Shown here piece after piece: positions 44,993 through 56,200 of a stretch of 64,000 bases of DNA. The stretch's first letter is position 1. Every line of letters begins with the position of its first letter. The translations under genes were made by a program, and so were the position numbers. Location of the stretch: the NCBI RefSeq assembly GCF_003790525.1, contig NZ_CP033635.1. One strand, written 5' to 3'. The stretch is from Escherichia coli. Lineage in GTDB: Bacteria; Pseudomonadota; Gammaproteobacteria; Enterobacterales; Enterobacteriaceae. Under the pieces are notes generated by a model. It was given only the letters and a program-made list of their open reading frames with translations. It was not told the DNA's origin and searched no databases.

Positions 44993-46619
44993 TAGGTTTC
45001 ACTTTCGGAATATAGATTGAAAATAAGGTACCGCAGGGATCATTATCTTCGAGAGTGATAACACCACCGCAGCGCGTTACGTAGCTGGCAATCAAGTACA
45101 ACCCAATGCCATGTTCGCCGGGCTCGTCAGCACGCGTACTGACACCCTGCTCAAATATTTTGTCTCGTAGAGACTCTGGAACGCCGCAGCCCTGATCGGC
45201 GACTTCAATCACCACATCATCGCCTTCATCGCTGAGGAATAATTCAACGATCTTGTTTCCTTCATCGCTACGTAGGCTGGCTTCGAAGGCGTTATCAAGT
45301 AAATTGCCAACAATGGCTGCAAACTCGGTGCTGTCCAGTCCTGGCGGCAGTTGCGAAAGCTGACTTCCGGGGACGATGACCATTTTTAGCCCCAGTTCGC
45401 GGGCGCGCTGCACTTTACCAAAAAGCAGCCCCGCCACCTGGCGATCGGCAAACGCCTCGCGCAGGCTATCAATAAGCTGTTGCTGGGCCTGAGACTCCCC
45501 CTGCACCATCGCCAGCACGCGATCATACTCTTTCATCTGCAACAGACCATTGAGCGTCGACATCCAATTGAGATGCTCGTGTCGCAATGTGCGCAGGCTC
45601 TCGACGTATTGTTTAATTTGCGTCAGTTGCGCATTGAGGGTGGATATTTCGTCTTTACTACGAAAGCTGATAATGGCCCCCAGCAAATCATCACCAGAAC
45701 GAATAGCTTCCCGGTTGGCAATAACGCTCAGACCGTTAAAGTTCGCCACCACATCCTGACGTTTTTCATCAATCTGTTCGGTAAAGAAATCGGCGGGCCT
45801 GACCACTTCAGCAATGGGTTTACCCAACCATTGCCGTCCGGGGGAACTCAGACCCAGCATCTTTCTTGCGTTACGATTGATGGCGGTAATGTAACCATGC
45901 GGATCCACCGCAATGAGCCCTTCATAAACCGAACTAAACAGCGCCTCTTGCTGACGGACCACGCGTGCGATTTGCTTTGGCTCCATGCCCATCATCTGCC
46001 GACGGATATGCGCGGCCAGGAACCACGATAGCAACATCAGAATCCCTAACAGCACGACAAACACGCCAGCCATCGGTAATAAAAACTCAGCCCGCCAGCT
46101 ATCGATTTTACTCACCAGGTAGCCAATCGACACCACGCCGATGACTTTTCCATCGTCATCAAAGATTGGCGTTTTGGCACGCATCGCCATGCCAATTGAC
46201 CCTTTCCCGGTGATGAAGTAGCTCTCCCCTTTCTCCAGCGCGCCCGGTTTGGTGAACTGCATAGGATAACCAATTTTCTCCGGATTAGGATGGTAAAGAC
46301 GAATCGAGTGCCGATCGCCAATCACCACATAATCGAAATCAGTATCTCTTTGTAATTTGTCAGCGATGGTCGCCAGCCTCTTGTAGTCACGCGTTTTCAC
46401 TGCGCTGATGATACTGTCATTAGAAGCAATAATTTTTGCCTGATTCATTGCCATGTCGCGCACATGAAGCGTTAAATAGTCCTCAAAACTGGCTGTAAAA
46501 TATTGCGCCAGGGCTGCAATGACAAATATTGAGAACACCAGAATCAGCAAAAAGATACGCAGCGGAAATGCCAGTCTTTGGAAAAATGCAAACTGTTTAT
46601 TCTCGTTAAGCTGCAACAT
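44961..46619 (-). CDS. dpiB: sensor histidine kinase DpiB (CitA family), 552 aa
   Basis: two TM segments flanking a periplasmic domain, HATPase motifs; start at MLQLNENKQFAFF; 3' end overlaps dpiA by 32 nt. Confidence 0.92.
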   Translation of the reverse strand: MLQLNENKQFAFFQRLAFPLRIFLLILVFSIFVIAALAQYFTASFEDYLTLHVRDMAMNQAKIIASNDSIISAVKTRDYKRLATIADKLQRDTDFDYVVIGDRHSIRLYHPNPEKIGYPMQFTKPGALEKGESYFITGKGSIGMAMRAKTPIFDDDGKVIGVVSIGYLVSKIDSWRAEFLLPMAGVFVVLLGILMLLSWFLAAHIRRQMMGMEPKQIARVVRQQEALFSSVYEGLIAVDPHGYITAINRNARKMLGLSSPGRQWLGKPIAEVVRPADFFTEQIDEKRQDVVANFNGLSVIANREAIRSGDDLLGAIISFRSKDEISTLNAQLTQIKQYVESLRTLRHEHLNWMSTLNGLLQMKEYDRVLAMVQGESQAQQQLIDSLREAFADRQVAGLLFGKVQRARELGLKMVIVPGSQLSQLPPGLDSTEFAAIVGNLLDNAFEASLRSDEGNKIVELFLSDEGDDVVIEVADQGCGVPESLRDKIFEQGVSTRADEPGEHGIGLYLIASYVTRCGGVITLEDNDPCGTLFSIYIPKVKPNDSSINPIDR

Positions 46620-46997
46620 TGTTTTCCTTGCGGGTTGTCCCGAGCCTCTTTGACGGATGTAATTAAAATGTTGAATCAAAATACATAGATATTAAATATG
46701 ATCGTGGCAAATTTTATTCATTAAATCAATTAAATCACTTAAACCTGCGGGTCATTTCGTAATTACATTAGTTAAAAAACTTAAAACCATTAAATAAATA
46801 AAAAACCACTAACTCTATGTGAAATAAATCAAAATTTCACGCCGAAATACTCCTTAGGATGTATAGCGAAAGGAGAAAAAGATATATCTCGATCACCCCC
46901 TTTCTCCCAAGTGAAAATAAAAGGTTATCAGTTTGCAACATCGAACAACATTCGTTGCAAATCGATAACAACATGCACCTTCAGGATACTATTTATT
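46620..46997. promoter_or_regulatory. divergent AT-rich control region of dpiBA and citCDEFXG-citT
   Basis: 378-bp AT-rich non-coding spacer between divergent operons; DpiA and CRP sites are expected from literature but were not motif-verified. Confidence 0.5.
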
Positions 46998-48056
46998 ATG
47001 TTCGGCAATGATATTTTCACCCGTGTAAAACGTTCAGAAAATAAAAAAATGGCGGAAATCGCCCAATTCCTGCATGAAAATGATTTGAGCGTTGACACCA
47101 CAGTCGAAGTATTTATTACCGTAACCCGCGATGAAAAGCTTATCGCGTGCGGTGGAATTGCCGGAAATATTATTAAATGCGTTGCTATCAGTGAATCCGT
47201 TCGCGGTGAAGGACTGACGCTGACATTAGCCACTGAATTGATAAACCTCGCCTATGAGCGGCACAGCACGCATCTGTTTATTTATACCAAAACCGAATAC
47301 GAGGCGCTGTTCCGCCAGTGCGGTTTTTCCACGCTGACCAGTGTACCCGGCGTGATGGTGCTGATGGAAAACAGCGCCACGCGACTGAAACGCTATGCCG
47401 AATCGCTGAAAAAATTTCGTCATCCAGGGAACAAGATTGGCTGCATTGTGATGAACGCCAATCCCTTTACGAATGGTCACCGTTATCTGATTCAACAGGC
47501 TGCAGCACAGTGCGACTGGTTGCATCTGTTTTTAGTTAAAGAAGATTCTTCACGCTTTCCCTATGAAGACCGGCTGGATCTGGTGTTAAAAGGCACCGCC
47601 GATATTCCACGCCTGACTGTGCATCGCGGCTCCGAATACATCATCTCCCGCGCTACGTTCCCTTGCTACTTCATTAAAGAACAGAGCGTCATTAACCATT
47701 GTTACACCGAAATTGATCTGAAGATTTTCCGTCAGTACCTCGCTCCCGCGCTGGGTGTAACTCACCGCTTTGTCGGTACTGAACCCTTTTGTCGTGTTAC
47801 CGCCCAGTACAACCAGGATATGCGCTACTGGCTGGAAACGCCGACTATCTCCGCACCGCCCATCGAACTGGTTGAAATTGAGCGGCTGCGTTACCAGGAG
47901 ATGCCGATATCCGCTTCCCGGGTACGTCAACTGCTGGCGAAAAACGATCTCACGGCTATCGCGCCGCTGGTCCCTGCAGTCACGCTGCATTATTTGCAGA
48001 ACCTGCTTGAGCACTCCCGCCAGGACGCGGCAGCTCGTCAAAAGACCCCCGCATGA
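46998..48056 (+). CDS. citC: [citrate (pro-3S)-lyase] ligase, 352 aa
   Basis: start MFGNDIFTRV at ATG 46998; ORF-track start 46911 is an upstream extension. Confidence 0.93.
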   Translation: MFGNDIFTRVKRSENKKMAEIAQFLHENDLSVDTTVEVFITVTRDEKLIACGGIAGNIIKCVAISESVRGEGLTLTLATELINLAYERHSTHLFIYTKTEYEALFRQCGFSTLTSVPGVMVLMENSATRLKRYAESLKKFRHPGNKIGCIVMNANPFTNGHRYLIQQAAAQCDWLHLFLVKEDSSRFPYEDRLDLVLKGTADIPRLTVHRGSEYIISRATFPCYFIKEQSVINHCYTEIDLKIFRQYLAPALGVTHRFVGTEPFCRVTAQYNQDMRYWLETPTISAPPIELVEIERLRYQEMPISASRVRQLLAKNDLTAIAPLVPAVTLHYLQNLLEHSRQDAAARQKTPA

Positions 48057-48070
48057 GAAACAGGTGAAAA

Positions 48071-48367
48071 ATGAAAATAAACCAGCCCGCCGTTGCAGGC
48101 ACCCTTGAGTCTGGGGATGTGATGATACGCATCGCCCCACTCGATACGCAGGATATCGACCTGCAAATCAACAGCAGCGTTGAGAAACAGTTTGGCGATG
48201 CAATTCGCACCACCATTCTGGACGTTCTCGCCCGCTACAACGTGCGCGGCGTACAGCTGAATGTCGATGACAAAGGCGCACTGGACTGCATTTTACGTGC
48301 ACGACTGGAAGCCCTGCTGGCACGCGCCAGCGGTATCCCGGCTCTGCCATGGGAGGATTGCCAATGA
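48071..48367 (+). CDS. citD: citrate lyase acyl carrier protein (gamma subunit), 98 aa
   Basis: full-length match to recalled CitD. Confidence 0.95.
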
Positions 48368-49272
48368 TTTCCGCTTCGCTGCAACAACGTAAAACTCGCA
48401 CCCGCCGCAGCATGCTGTTTGTGCCAGGTGCCAATGCCGCGATGGTCAGCAACTCATTCATCTACCCGGCTGATGCCCTGATGTTTGACCTCGAAGACTC
48501 CGTGGCATTGCGTGAAAAAGACACCGCCCGCCGCATGGTTTACCACGCGCTGCAACATCCGCTGTATCGCGATATTGAAACCATTGTGCGTGTAAACGCG
48601 CTGGATTCCGAATGGGGTGTTAACGACCTGGAAGCCGTCGTTCGCGGTGGTGCGGACGTTGTGCGTCTGCCGAAAACCGATACCGCTCAGGATGTTCTGG
48701 ATATCGAAAAAGAGATCCTGCGCATCGAAAAAGCCTGTGGTCGTGAACCCGGCAGCACCGGCCTGCTGGCAGCGATTGAATCTCCGCTGGGCATTACCCG
48801 CGCAGTGGAAATCGCTCACGCTTCCGAGCGTTTGATCGGTATCGCCCTCGGTGCAGAAGACTATGTGCGCAACCTGCGTACAGAACGCTCCCCGGAAGGA
48901 ACTGAACTGCTGTTCGCACGCTGCTCCATTTTGCAGGCCGCGCGCTCTGCGGGTATTCAGGCGTTCGATACCGTCTATTCCGACGCTAACAACGAAGCCG
49001 GATTCCTGCAAGAAGCCGCCCACATCAAACAGCTGGGCTTTGACGGCAAATCGCTGATCAACCCGCGTCAGATTGATCTGCTGCACAACCTCTACGCACC
49101 GACTCAGAAAGAAGTGGATCACGCCCGCCGCGTCGTAGAAGCCGCTGAAGCCGCCGCTCGCGAAGGCCTCGGCGTGGTTTCCCTGAACGGCAAGATGGTG
49201 GACGGTCCGGTTATCGATCGCGCCCGTCTGGTGCTCTCCCGTGCAGAACTTTCCGGCATCCGCGAAGAATAA
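48364..49272 (+). CDS. citE: citrate lyase beta subunit (citryl-ACP lyase), 302 aa
   Basis: ATGA overlap with citD; start [10 protein letters not shown]. Confidence 0.93.
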
Positions 49273-49282
49273 GGCAATCAAA

Positions 49283-50815
49283 ATGACGCAGAAAATTGAA
49301 CAATCTCAACGACAAGAACGGGTAGCGGCCTGGAATCGTCGCGCTGAATGCGATCTTGCCGCTTTCCAGAACTCGCCAAAGCAAACCTACCAGGCTGAAA
49401 AAGCGCGCGATCGCAAACTGTGCGCCAACCTGGAAGAAGCGATTCGTCGCTCTGGTTTACAGGACGGTATGACGGTTTCCTTCCATCACGCTTTCCGTGG
49501 CGGTGACCTGACCGTCAATATGGTGATGGACGTCATCGCGAAGATGGGCTTTAAAAACCTGACTCTGGCCTCCAGCTCCCTGAGTGATTGCCATGCGCCG
49601 CTGGTAGAACACATTCGCCGGGGCGTGGTTACCCGCATTTATACCTCTGGCCTGCGCGGTCCACTGGCGGAAGAAATCTCCCGTGGTCTGCTGGCGGAAC
49701 CGGTGCAAATCCACTCTCACGGCGGACGTGTGCATCTGGTACAGAGCGGCGAACTGAATATCGATGTGGCTTTCCTCGGCGTCCCGTCCTGTGATGAATT
49801 CGGTAATGCCAACGGCTACTCCGGTAAAGCCTGCTGCGGCTCCCTCGGCTATGCAATGGTTGATGCCGACAACGCAAAACAGGTCGTGATGCTTACCGAA
49901 GAACTGCTGCCTTATCCGCATAATCCGGCAAGCATTGAGCAAGATCAGGTTGATCTGATCGTCAAAGTTGATCGCGTTGGCGATGCTGCAAAAATCGGCG
50001 CTGGTGCTACCCGTATGACCACTAACCCGCGCGAACTGCTTATTGCCCGTAGCGCTGCGGATGTGATTGTTAACTCTGGCTACTTCAAAGAAGGTTTCTC
50101 CATGCAGACCGGCACCGGCGGCGCTTCGCTGGCGGTAACCCGTTTCCTGGAAGACAAAATGCGTAGCCGCGATATTCGCGCCGACTTCGCCCTCGGCGGT
50201 ATTACCGCAACGATGGTTGATCTGCACGAAAAAGGTTTGATCCGCAAACTGCTGGATGTGCAGAGCTTTGACAGCCACGCTGCGCAATCGCTGGCCCGTA
50301 ACCCCAATCACATCGAAATCAGCGCCAACCAGTACGCTAACTGGGGTTCGAAAGGTGCATCGGTTGATCGTCTCGACGTGGTGGTACTGAGCGCGCTGGA
50401 AATTGACACCCAGTTCAACGTTAACGTGCTGACCGGCTCTGACGGCGTACTGCGTGGCGCTTCCGGTGGTCACTGCGATACCGCGATTGCCTCTGCACTT
50501 TCCATCATCGTCGCACCGCTGGTACGCGGTCGTATTCCGACTCTGGTGGATAACGTGCTGACCTGCATCACCCCGGGCTCCAGTGTCGATATTCTGGTCA
50601 CAGACCACGGTATCGCAGTTAACCCGGCACGTCCGGAACTGGCAGAACGTCTGCAGGAAGCGGGCATTAAAGTGGTTTCCATTGAGTGGCTGCGTGAACG
50701 TGCGCGTCTGCTGACCGGTGAACCACAGCCGATTGAATTCACCGACCGCGTCGTTGCCGTTGTGCGTTACCGCGATGGCTCGGTGATCGATGTTGTGCAT
50801 CAGGTGAAGGAATAA
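49283..50815 (+). CDS. citF: citrate lyase alpha subunit (citrate CoA-transferase), 510 aa
   Basis: ATG 49283 with AAGG upstream; start MTQKIEQSQRQ. Confidence 0.93.
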   Translation: MTQKIEQSQRQERVAAWNRRAECDLAAFQNSPKQTYQAEKARDRKLCANLEEAIRRSGLQDGMTVSFHHAFRGGDLTVNMVMDVIAKMGFKNLTLASSSLSDCHAPLVEHIRRGVVTRIYTSGLRGPLAEEISRGLLAEPVQIHSHGGRVHLVQSGELNIDVAFLGVPSCDEFGNANGYSGKACCGSLGYAMVDADNAKQVVMLTEELLPYPHNPASIEQDQVDLIVKVDRVGDAAKIGAGATRMTTNPRELLIARSAADVIVNSGYFKEGFSMQTGTGGASLAVTRFLEDKMRSRDIRADFALGGITATMVDLHEKGLIRKLLDVQSFDSHAAQSLARNPNHIEISANQYANWGSKGASVDRLDVVVLSALEIDTQFNVNVLTGSDGVLRGASGGHCDTAIASALSIIVAPLVRGRIPTLVDNVLTCITPGSSVDILVTDHGIAVNPARPELAERLQEAGIKVVSIEWLRERARLLTGEPQPIEFTDRVVAVVRYRDGSVIDVVHQVKE

Positions 50816-50818
50816 GCC

Positions 50819-52223
<1,405 letters not shown>

Positions 52224-52272
52224 TAATTTAAGCACTTGATAAAATTGGAATATTAATTGTCGGAGAACCCGT

Positions 52273-53736
52273 ATGTCTTTAGCAAAAGATAATATATGGA
52301 AATTATTGGCGCCCCTGGTGGTGATGGGTGTCATGTTTCTTATCCCTGTACCTGACGGTATGCCGCCGCAGGCGTGGCATTACTTTGCAGTGTTTGTGGC
52401 AATGATTGTCGGCATGATCCTCGAGCCAATTCCGGCAACGGCGATCAGTTTTATTGCGGTTACTATTTGCGTTATTGGCAGTAATTACCTGCTCTTTGAT
52501 GCCAAAGAATTAGCTGACCCAGCGTTTAATGCGCAAAAACAGGCGCTGAAATGGGGGCTGGCAGGTTTCTCCAGCACCACCGTCTGGCTGGTGTTTGGCG
52601 CATTTATTTTTGCGCTGGGCTATGAAGTCACCGGTCTGGGCCGTCGTATCGCCCTTTTCCTGGTGAAATTCATGGGTAAACGCACGCTGACGCTGGGTTA
52701 CGCGATTGTCATTATCGACATTCTGCTGGCACCGTTTACACCGTCCAACACCGCGCGTACCGGGGGTACGGTTTTTCCGGTCATTAAAAACCTGCCGCCG
52801 CTGTTTAAATCATTCCCGAACGATCCGTCCGCGCGTCGTATTGGCGGCTATTTGATGTGGATGATGGTCATTAGTACCAGTCTGAGTTCGTCCATGTTTG
52901 TCACCGGTGCGGCACCAAACGTGCTGGGTCTGGAGTTCGTCAGCAAAATCGCAGGGATCCAGATTAGCTGGCTGCAATGGTTCCTGAGCTTCCTGCCGGT
53001 CGGTATTATTTTGCTGATCGTTGCTCCGTGGCTCTCCTATGTGCTGTACAAGCCGGAAGTGACTCACAGTGCCGAAGTGGCAGCATGGGCCGGTGATGAA
53101 CTGAAAACGATGGGTGCATTGAGCCGTAAAGAGTGGACCCTGATAGGTCTGGTGCTGCTGAGCTTAGGCTTATGGGTATTCGGCGGCGAAATGATCGACG
53201 CCACGGCGGTAGGTCTGCTGGCGGTTTCGCTGATGCTGGCCCTGCACGTTGTACCGTGGAAAGACATTACCCGCTACAACAGCGCCTGGAACACACTGGT
53301 CAACCTGGCAACGCTGGTTGTTATGGCGAACGGTTTGACCCGCTCTGGTTTTATCGACTGGTTCGCTAGCACCATGAGCACGCACCTGGAAGGCTTCTCA
53401 CCGAACGCAACGGTAATTGTACTGGTTCTGGTGTTCTACTTTGCACACTACCTGTTTGCCAGCCTGTCTGCGCACACCGCAACCATGCTGCCGGTTATTC
53501 TGGCCGTCGGTAAAGGTATTCCGGGCGTACCAATGGAACAACTGTGTATCCTGCTGGTGCTGTCTATCGGTATCATGGGCTGTCTGACGCCGTATGCAAC
53601 CGGTCCTGGGGTGATTATTTACGGCTGTGGCTATGTGAAATCAAAAGATTACTGGCGTCTTGGCGCAATCTTCGGGGTGATTTACATCTCTATGCTGCTG
53701 TTGGTTGGCTGGCCGATTCTCGCCATGTGGAACTAA
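52273..53736 (+). CDS. citT: citrate:succinate antiporter (DASS family), 487 aa
   Basis: matches recalled CitT; polytopic membrane protein. Confidence 0.95.
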   Translation: MSLAKDNIWKLLAPLVVMGVMFLIPVPDGMPPQAWHYFAVFVAMIVGMILEPIPATAISFIAVTICVIGSNYLLFDAKELADPAFNAQKQALKWGLAGFSSTTVWLVFGAFIFALGYEVTGLGRRIALFLVKFMGKRTLTLGYAIVIIDILLAPFTPSNTARTGGTVFPVIKNLPPLFKSFPNDPSARRIGGYLMWMMVISTSLSSSMFVTGAAPNVLGLEFVSKIAGIQISWLQWFLSFLPVGIILLIVAPWLSYVLYKPEVTHSAEVAAWAGDELKTMGALSRKEWTLIGLVLLSLGLWVFGGEMIDATAVGLLAVSLMLALHVVPWKDITRYNSAWNTLVNLATLVVMANGLTRSGFIDWFASTMSTHLEGFSPNATVIVLVLVFYFAHYLFASLSAHTATMLPVILAVGKGIPGVPMEQLCILLVLSIGIMGCLTPYATGPGVIIYGCGYVKSKDYWRLGAIFGVIYISMLLLVGWPILAMWN

Positions 53737-53767
53737 TACGTTCGCCAAACGCTGAATAAATCATCAC

Positions 53768-53803
53768 GCCCGCCAGGTAAGCCCACCTGGCGGGCTTTTT
53801 TAT
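53768..53803 (+). terminator. intrinsic terminator after citT (gcccgccaggt-aagccc-acctggcgggc + TTTTTTAT)
   Basis: 11-bp stem and T-run. Confidence 0.8.
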
Positions 53804-53849
53804 GATTTAATAGATAGTATTCAGTATATGTATGAGTTCCACACCCATT

Positions 53850-54656
53850 ATGAAAGCATTCTGGCGTAACGCCGCGTTGCTCGCGGTTTCTCTGCTTCCC
53901 TTCTCTTCTGCCAACGCCGTGGCGTTGCAGGCAAAACAGTATGGCGATTTTGATCGCTATGTCCTGGCCCTCTCCTGGCAAACCGGATTTTGCCAGAGTC
54001 AACACGATCGAAATCGTAACGAACGAGATGAATGTCGCCTGCAAACCGAAACGACCAACAAAGCTGATTTTCTGACCGTACATGGTCTGTGGCCAGGATT
54101 GCCTAAATCGGTTGCTGCCCGTGGTGTTGATGAACGCCGCTGGATGCGCTTCGGTTGCGCTACTCGCCCAATCCCGAATCTACCAGAAGCGCGCGCCAGC
54201 CGAATGTGTTCATCTCCGGAAACCGGGTTATCGCTGGAAACGGCCGCTAAACTAAGTGAAGTCATGCCAGGAGCTGGCGGACGTTCCTGCCTGGAACGCT
54301 ACGAATATGCCAAACACGGTGCCTGCTTTGGTTTTGATCCAGACGCATACTTCGGCACGATGGTACGCCTGAATCAAGAAATTAAAGAGAACGAAGCCGG
54401 AAAATTCCTTGCGGATAACTACGGTAAAACAGTGAGCCGCCGTGACTTTGATGCCGCCTTTGCCAAAAGCTGGGGAAAAGAGAACGTGAAAGCAGTTAAG
54501 CTAACGTGCCAGGGTAACCCTGCGTATTTGACTGAAATTCAGATCTCGATCAAAGCTGACGCCATCAACGCTCCGCTTTCTGCCAACTCATTCTTGCCAC
54601 AACCACACCCAGGCAACTGTGGCAAAACCTTTGTGATTGATAAAGCAGGTTATTAA
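53850..54656 (+). CDS. rna: periplasmic ribonuclease I (T2 family), 268 aa
   Basis: signal peptide MKAFWRNAALLAVSLLPFSSANA; T2 active-site motifs HGLWP and KHGAC. Confidence 0.93.
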   Translation: MKAFWRNAALLAVSLLPFSSANAVALQAKQYGDFDRYVLALSWQTGFCQSQHDRNRNERDECRLQTETTNKADFLTVHGLWPGLPKSVAARGVDERRWMRFGCATRPIPNLPEARASRMCSSPETGLSLETAAKLSEVMPGAGGRSCLERYEYAKHGACFGFDPDAYFGTMVRLNQEIKENEAGKFLADNYGKTVSRRDFDAAFAKSWGKENVKAVKLTCQGNPAYLTEIQISIKADAINAPLSANSFLPQPHPGNCGKTFVIDKAGY

Positions 54657-54885
54657 TCCTCTGATTTACAAAACACGCTAATTCGTCTTCCATAAACCAT
54701 GACGATTAAGATTTATACATAATGCGCTACATTGAGGAATTCCCTGAATGTGACGCAAATCACTTCAAAGAGTGAGCAACAGTCAGTATCATCATGTGAG
54801 TTAAACCCTCGCCGCCTGACGGTGAGGGTTTTCTTTTGGGTATGTTTATCTGCGACACTCGCAGTACCGACGACATGGAGTAAAA

Positions 54886-55296
54886 ATGTCCAGACCAACT
54901 ATCATCATTAACGACCTGGATGCCGAACGCATCGATATTCTGCTGGAGCAACCCGCCTATGCTGGTTTGCCAATCGCCGACGCGTTAAACGCAGAGTTGG
55001 ATCGCGCCCAAATGTGTTCGCCAGAAGAGATGCCACACGACGTGGTGACAATGAACAGCCGGGTTAAATTCCGCAATCTTAGCGATGGCGAAGTGCGTGT
55101 GCGCACGCTGGTGTATCCGGCAAAAATGACCGACAGCAATACTCAGCTTTCCGTTATGGCTCCGGTAGGTGCCGCACTGCTGGGGCTGCGCGTTGGCGAT
55201 TCCATTCACTGGGAACTGCCGGGCGGCGTTGCAACCCACCTTGAAGTGCTGGAACTCGAATACCAGCCAGAAGCTGCTGGCGATTACCTGCTTTAA
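54886..55296 (+). CDS. rnk: regulator of nucleoside diphosphate kinase (GreA/GreB-like C-terminal domain), 136 aa
   Basis: full-length match to recalled Rnk. Confidence 0.93.
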
Positions 55297-55330
55297 TCCC
55301 ATCTGCACAAGCGATAACTCGCTTTGCCCA

Positions 55331-55356
55331 GAGGATGCACTCGCATCCTCTTTCCG
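55331..55356 (+). terminator. hairpin after rnk (gaggatgc-actc-gcatcctc + TTTCC)
   Basis: perfect 8-bp stem, short T-run. Confidence 0.5.
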
Positions 55357-55438
55357 CTCAAATATCAACCAGATTTATCATTTTGCTCTTAAGCGCAGCA
55401 TTCTAATCTGAACTGGTTATTCATCTGCGGAACCTCAT

Positions 55439-55528
55439 ATGAGCGAAGCTCTCGGTATCACTGCATTTTATATATTCATAGCAGCAATTATTGTTGCTGC
55501 AGTGCTATACCTTGAACAACGCTGGTAG
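55439..55528 (+). CDS. candidate small hydrophobic protein, 29 aa (MSEALGITAFYIFIAAIIVAAVLYLEQRW)
   Basis: ATG...TAG ORF below the ORF-track cutoff; single predicted TM helix; weak Shine-Dalgarno (gcggaa); lies between rnk terminator and uspG promoter. Confidence 0.3.
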   Translation: MSEALGITAFYIFIAAIIVAAVLYLEQRW

Positions 55529-55651
55529 CGCCTGGTTTTATTTATTTTCCAGCTCAATAGCAAATTCAGATCAAATCAGCCTCGCAAATCATAGATTCAT
55601 AACCAATAATGTGCTGTTATGTATACATGCAAAAACAAGGAGAGAATGCTT

Positions 55652-56080
55652 ATGTACAAAACAATCATCATGCCAGTGGATGTTTTCGAAATGGAATTGA
55701 GCGACAAAGCGGTTCGCCACGCTGAATTCCTCGCCCAGGATGACGGAGTTATTCATCTACTTCACGTACTACCGGGGTCAGCCAGCCTGAGCCTGCACCG
55801 TTTTGCCGCTGATGTACGTCGTTTTGAAGAGCATCTGCAACATGAAGCAGAAGAACGTCTGCAAACGATGGTCAGCCACTTCACCATCGATCCTTCCCGC
55901 ATTAAGCAACATGTCCGTTTTGGTAGTGTGCGGGATGAAGTTAACGAGTTAGCGAAAGAACTTGATGCAGATGTAGTAGTGATTGGTTCGCGTAACCCAT
56001 CAATTTCAACTCATCTGTTGGGTTCTAACGCCTCGAGCGTGATCCGCCACGCCAATTTGCCGGTGCTGGTTGTGCGTTAA
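55652..56080 (+). CDS. uspG: universal stress protein G, 142 aa
   Basis: ATG 55652 with AAGGAGA 8 nt upstream; matches recalled UspG. Confidence 0.93.
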   Translation: MYKTIIMPVDVFEMELSDKAVRHAEFLAQDDGVIHLLHVLPGSASLSLHRFAADVRRFEEHLQHEAEERLQTMVSHFTIDPSRIKQHVRFGSVRDEVNELAKELDADVVVIGSRNPSISTHLLGSNASSVIRHANLPVLVVR

Positions 56081-56099
56081 TTGCCAGAATAAGTATCCC

Positions 56100-56133
56100 G
56101 CCCTGCCCGGAGCCATCCCTGCAGGGCTTTTTA
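56100..56133 (+). terminator. uspG terminator hairpin (gccctgc...gcagggc + TTTTT)
   Basis: inverted repeat with T-run. Confidence 0.55.
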
Positions 56134-56140
56134 ATGCAAT

Positions 56141-56170
56141 AAAAAAGCCGCCAGGTTTGACCCCGGCGGC
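56141..56170 (-). terminator. ahpF terminator (minus-strand read: gccgccggggtcaaacctggcggc + TTTTTT)
   Basis: stem-loop with T-run on the minus strand. Confidence 0.65.
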
Positions 56171-56200
56171 TAAGCAATTGCAGGTGAATCTTACTTCTTC

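Noticed and set aside
52273-55296. Possible rnk-citT promoter-capture duplication (the Cit+ rearrangement known from experimental evolution)
   Set aside because: citT, rna and rnk are each present once in the ancestral order citG-citT-rna-rnk; no duplicated junction sequence is visible
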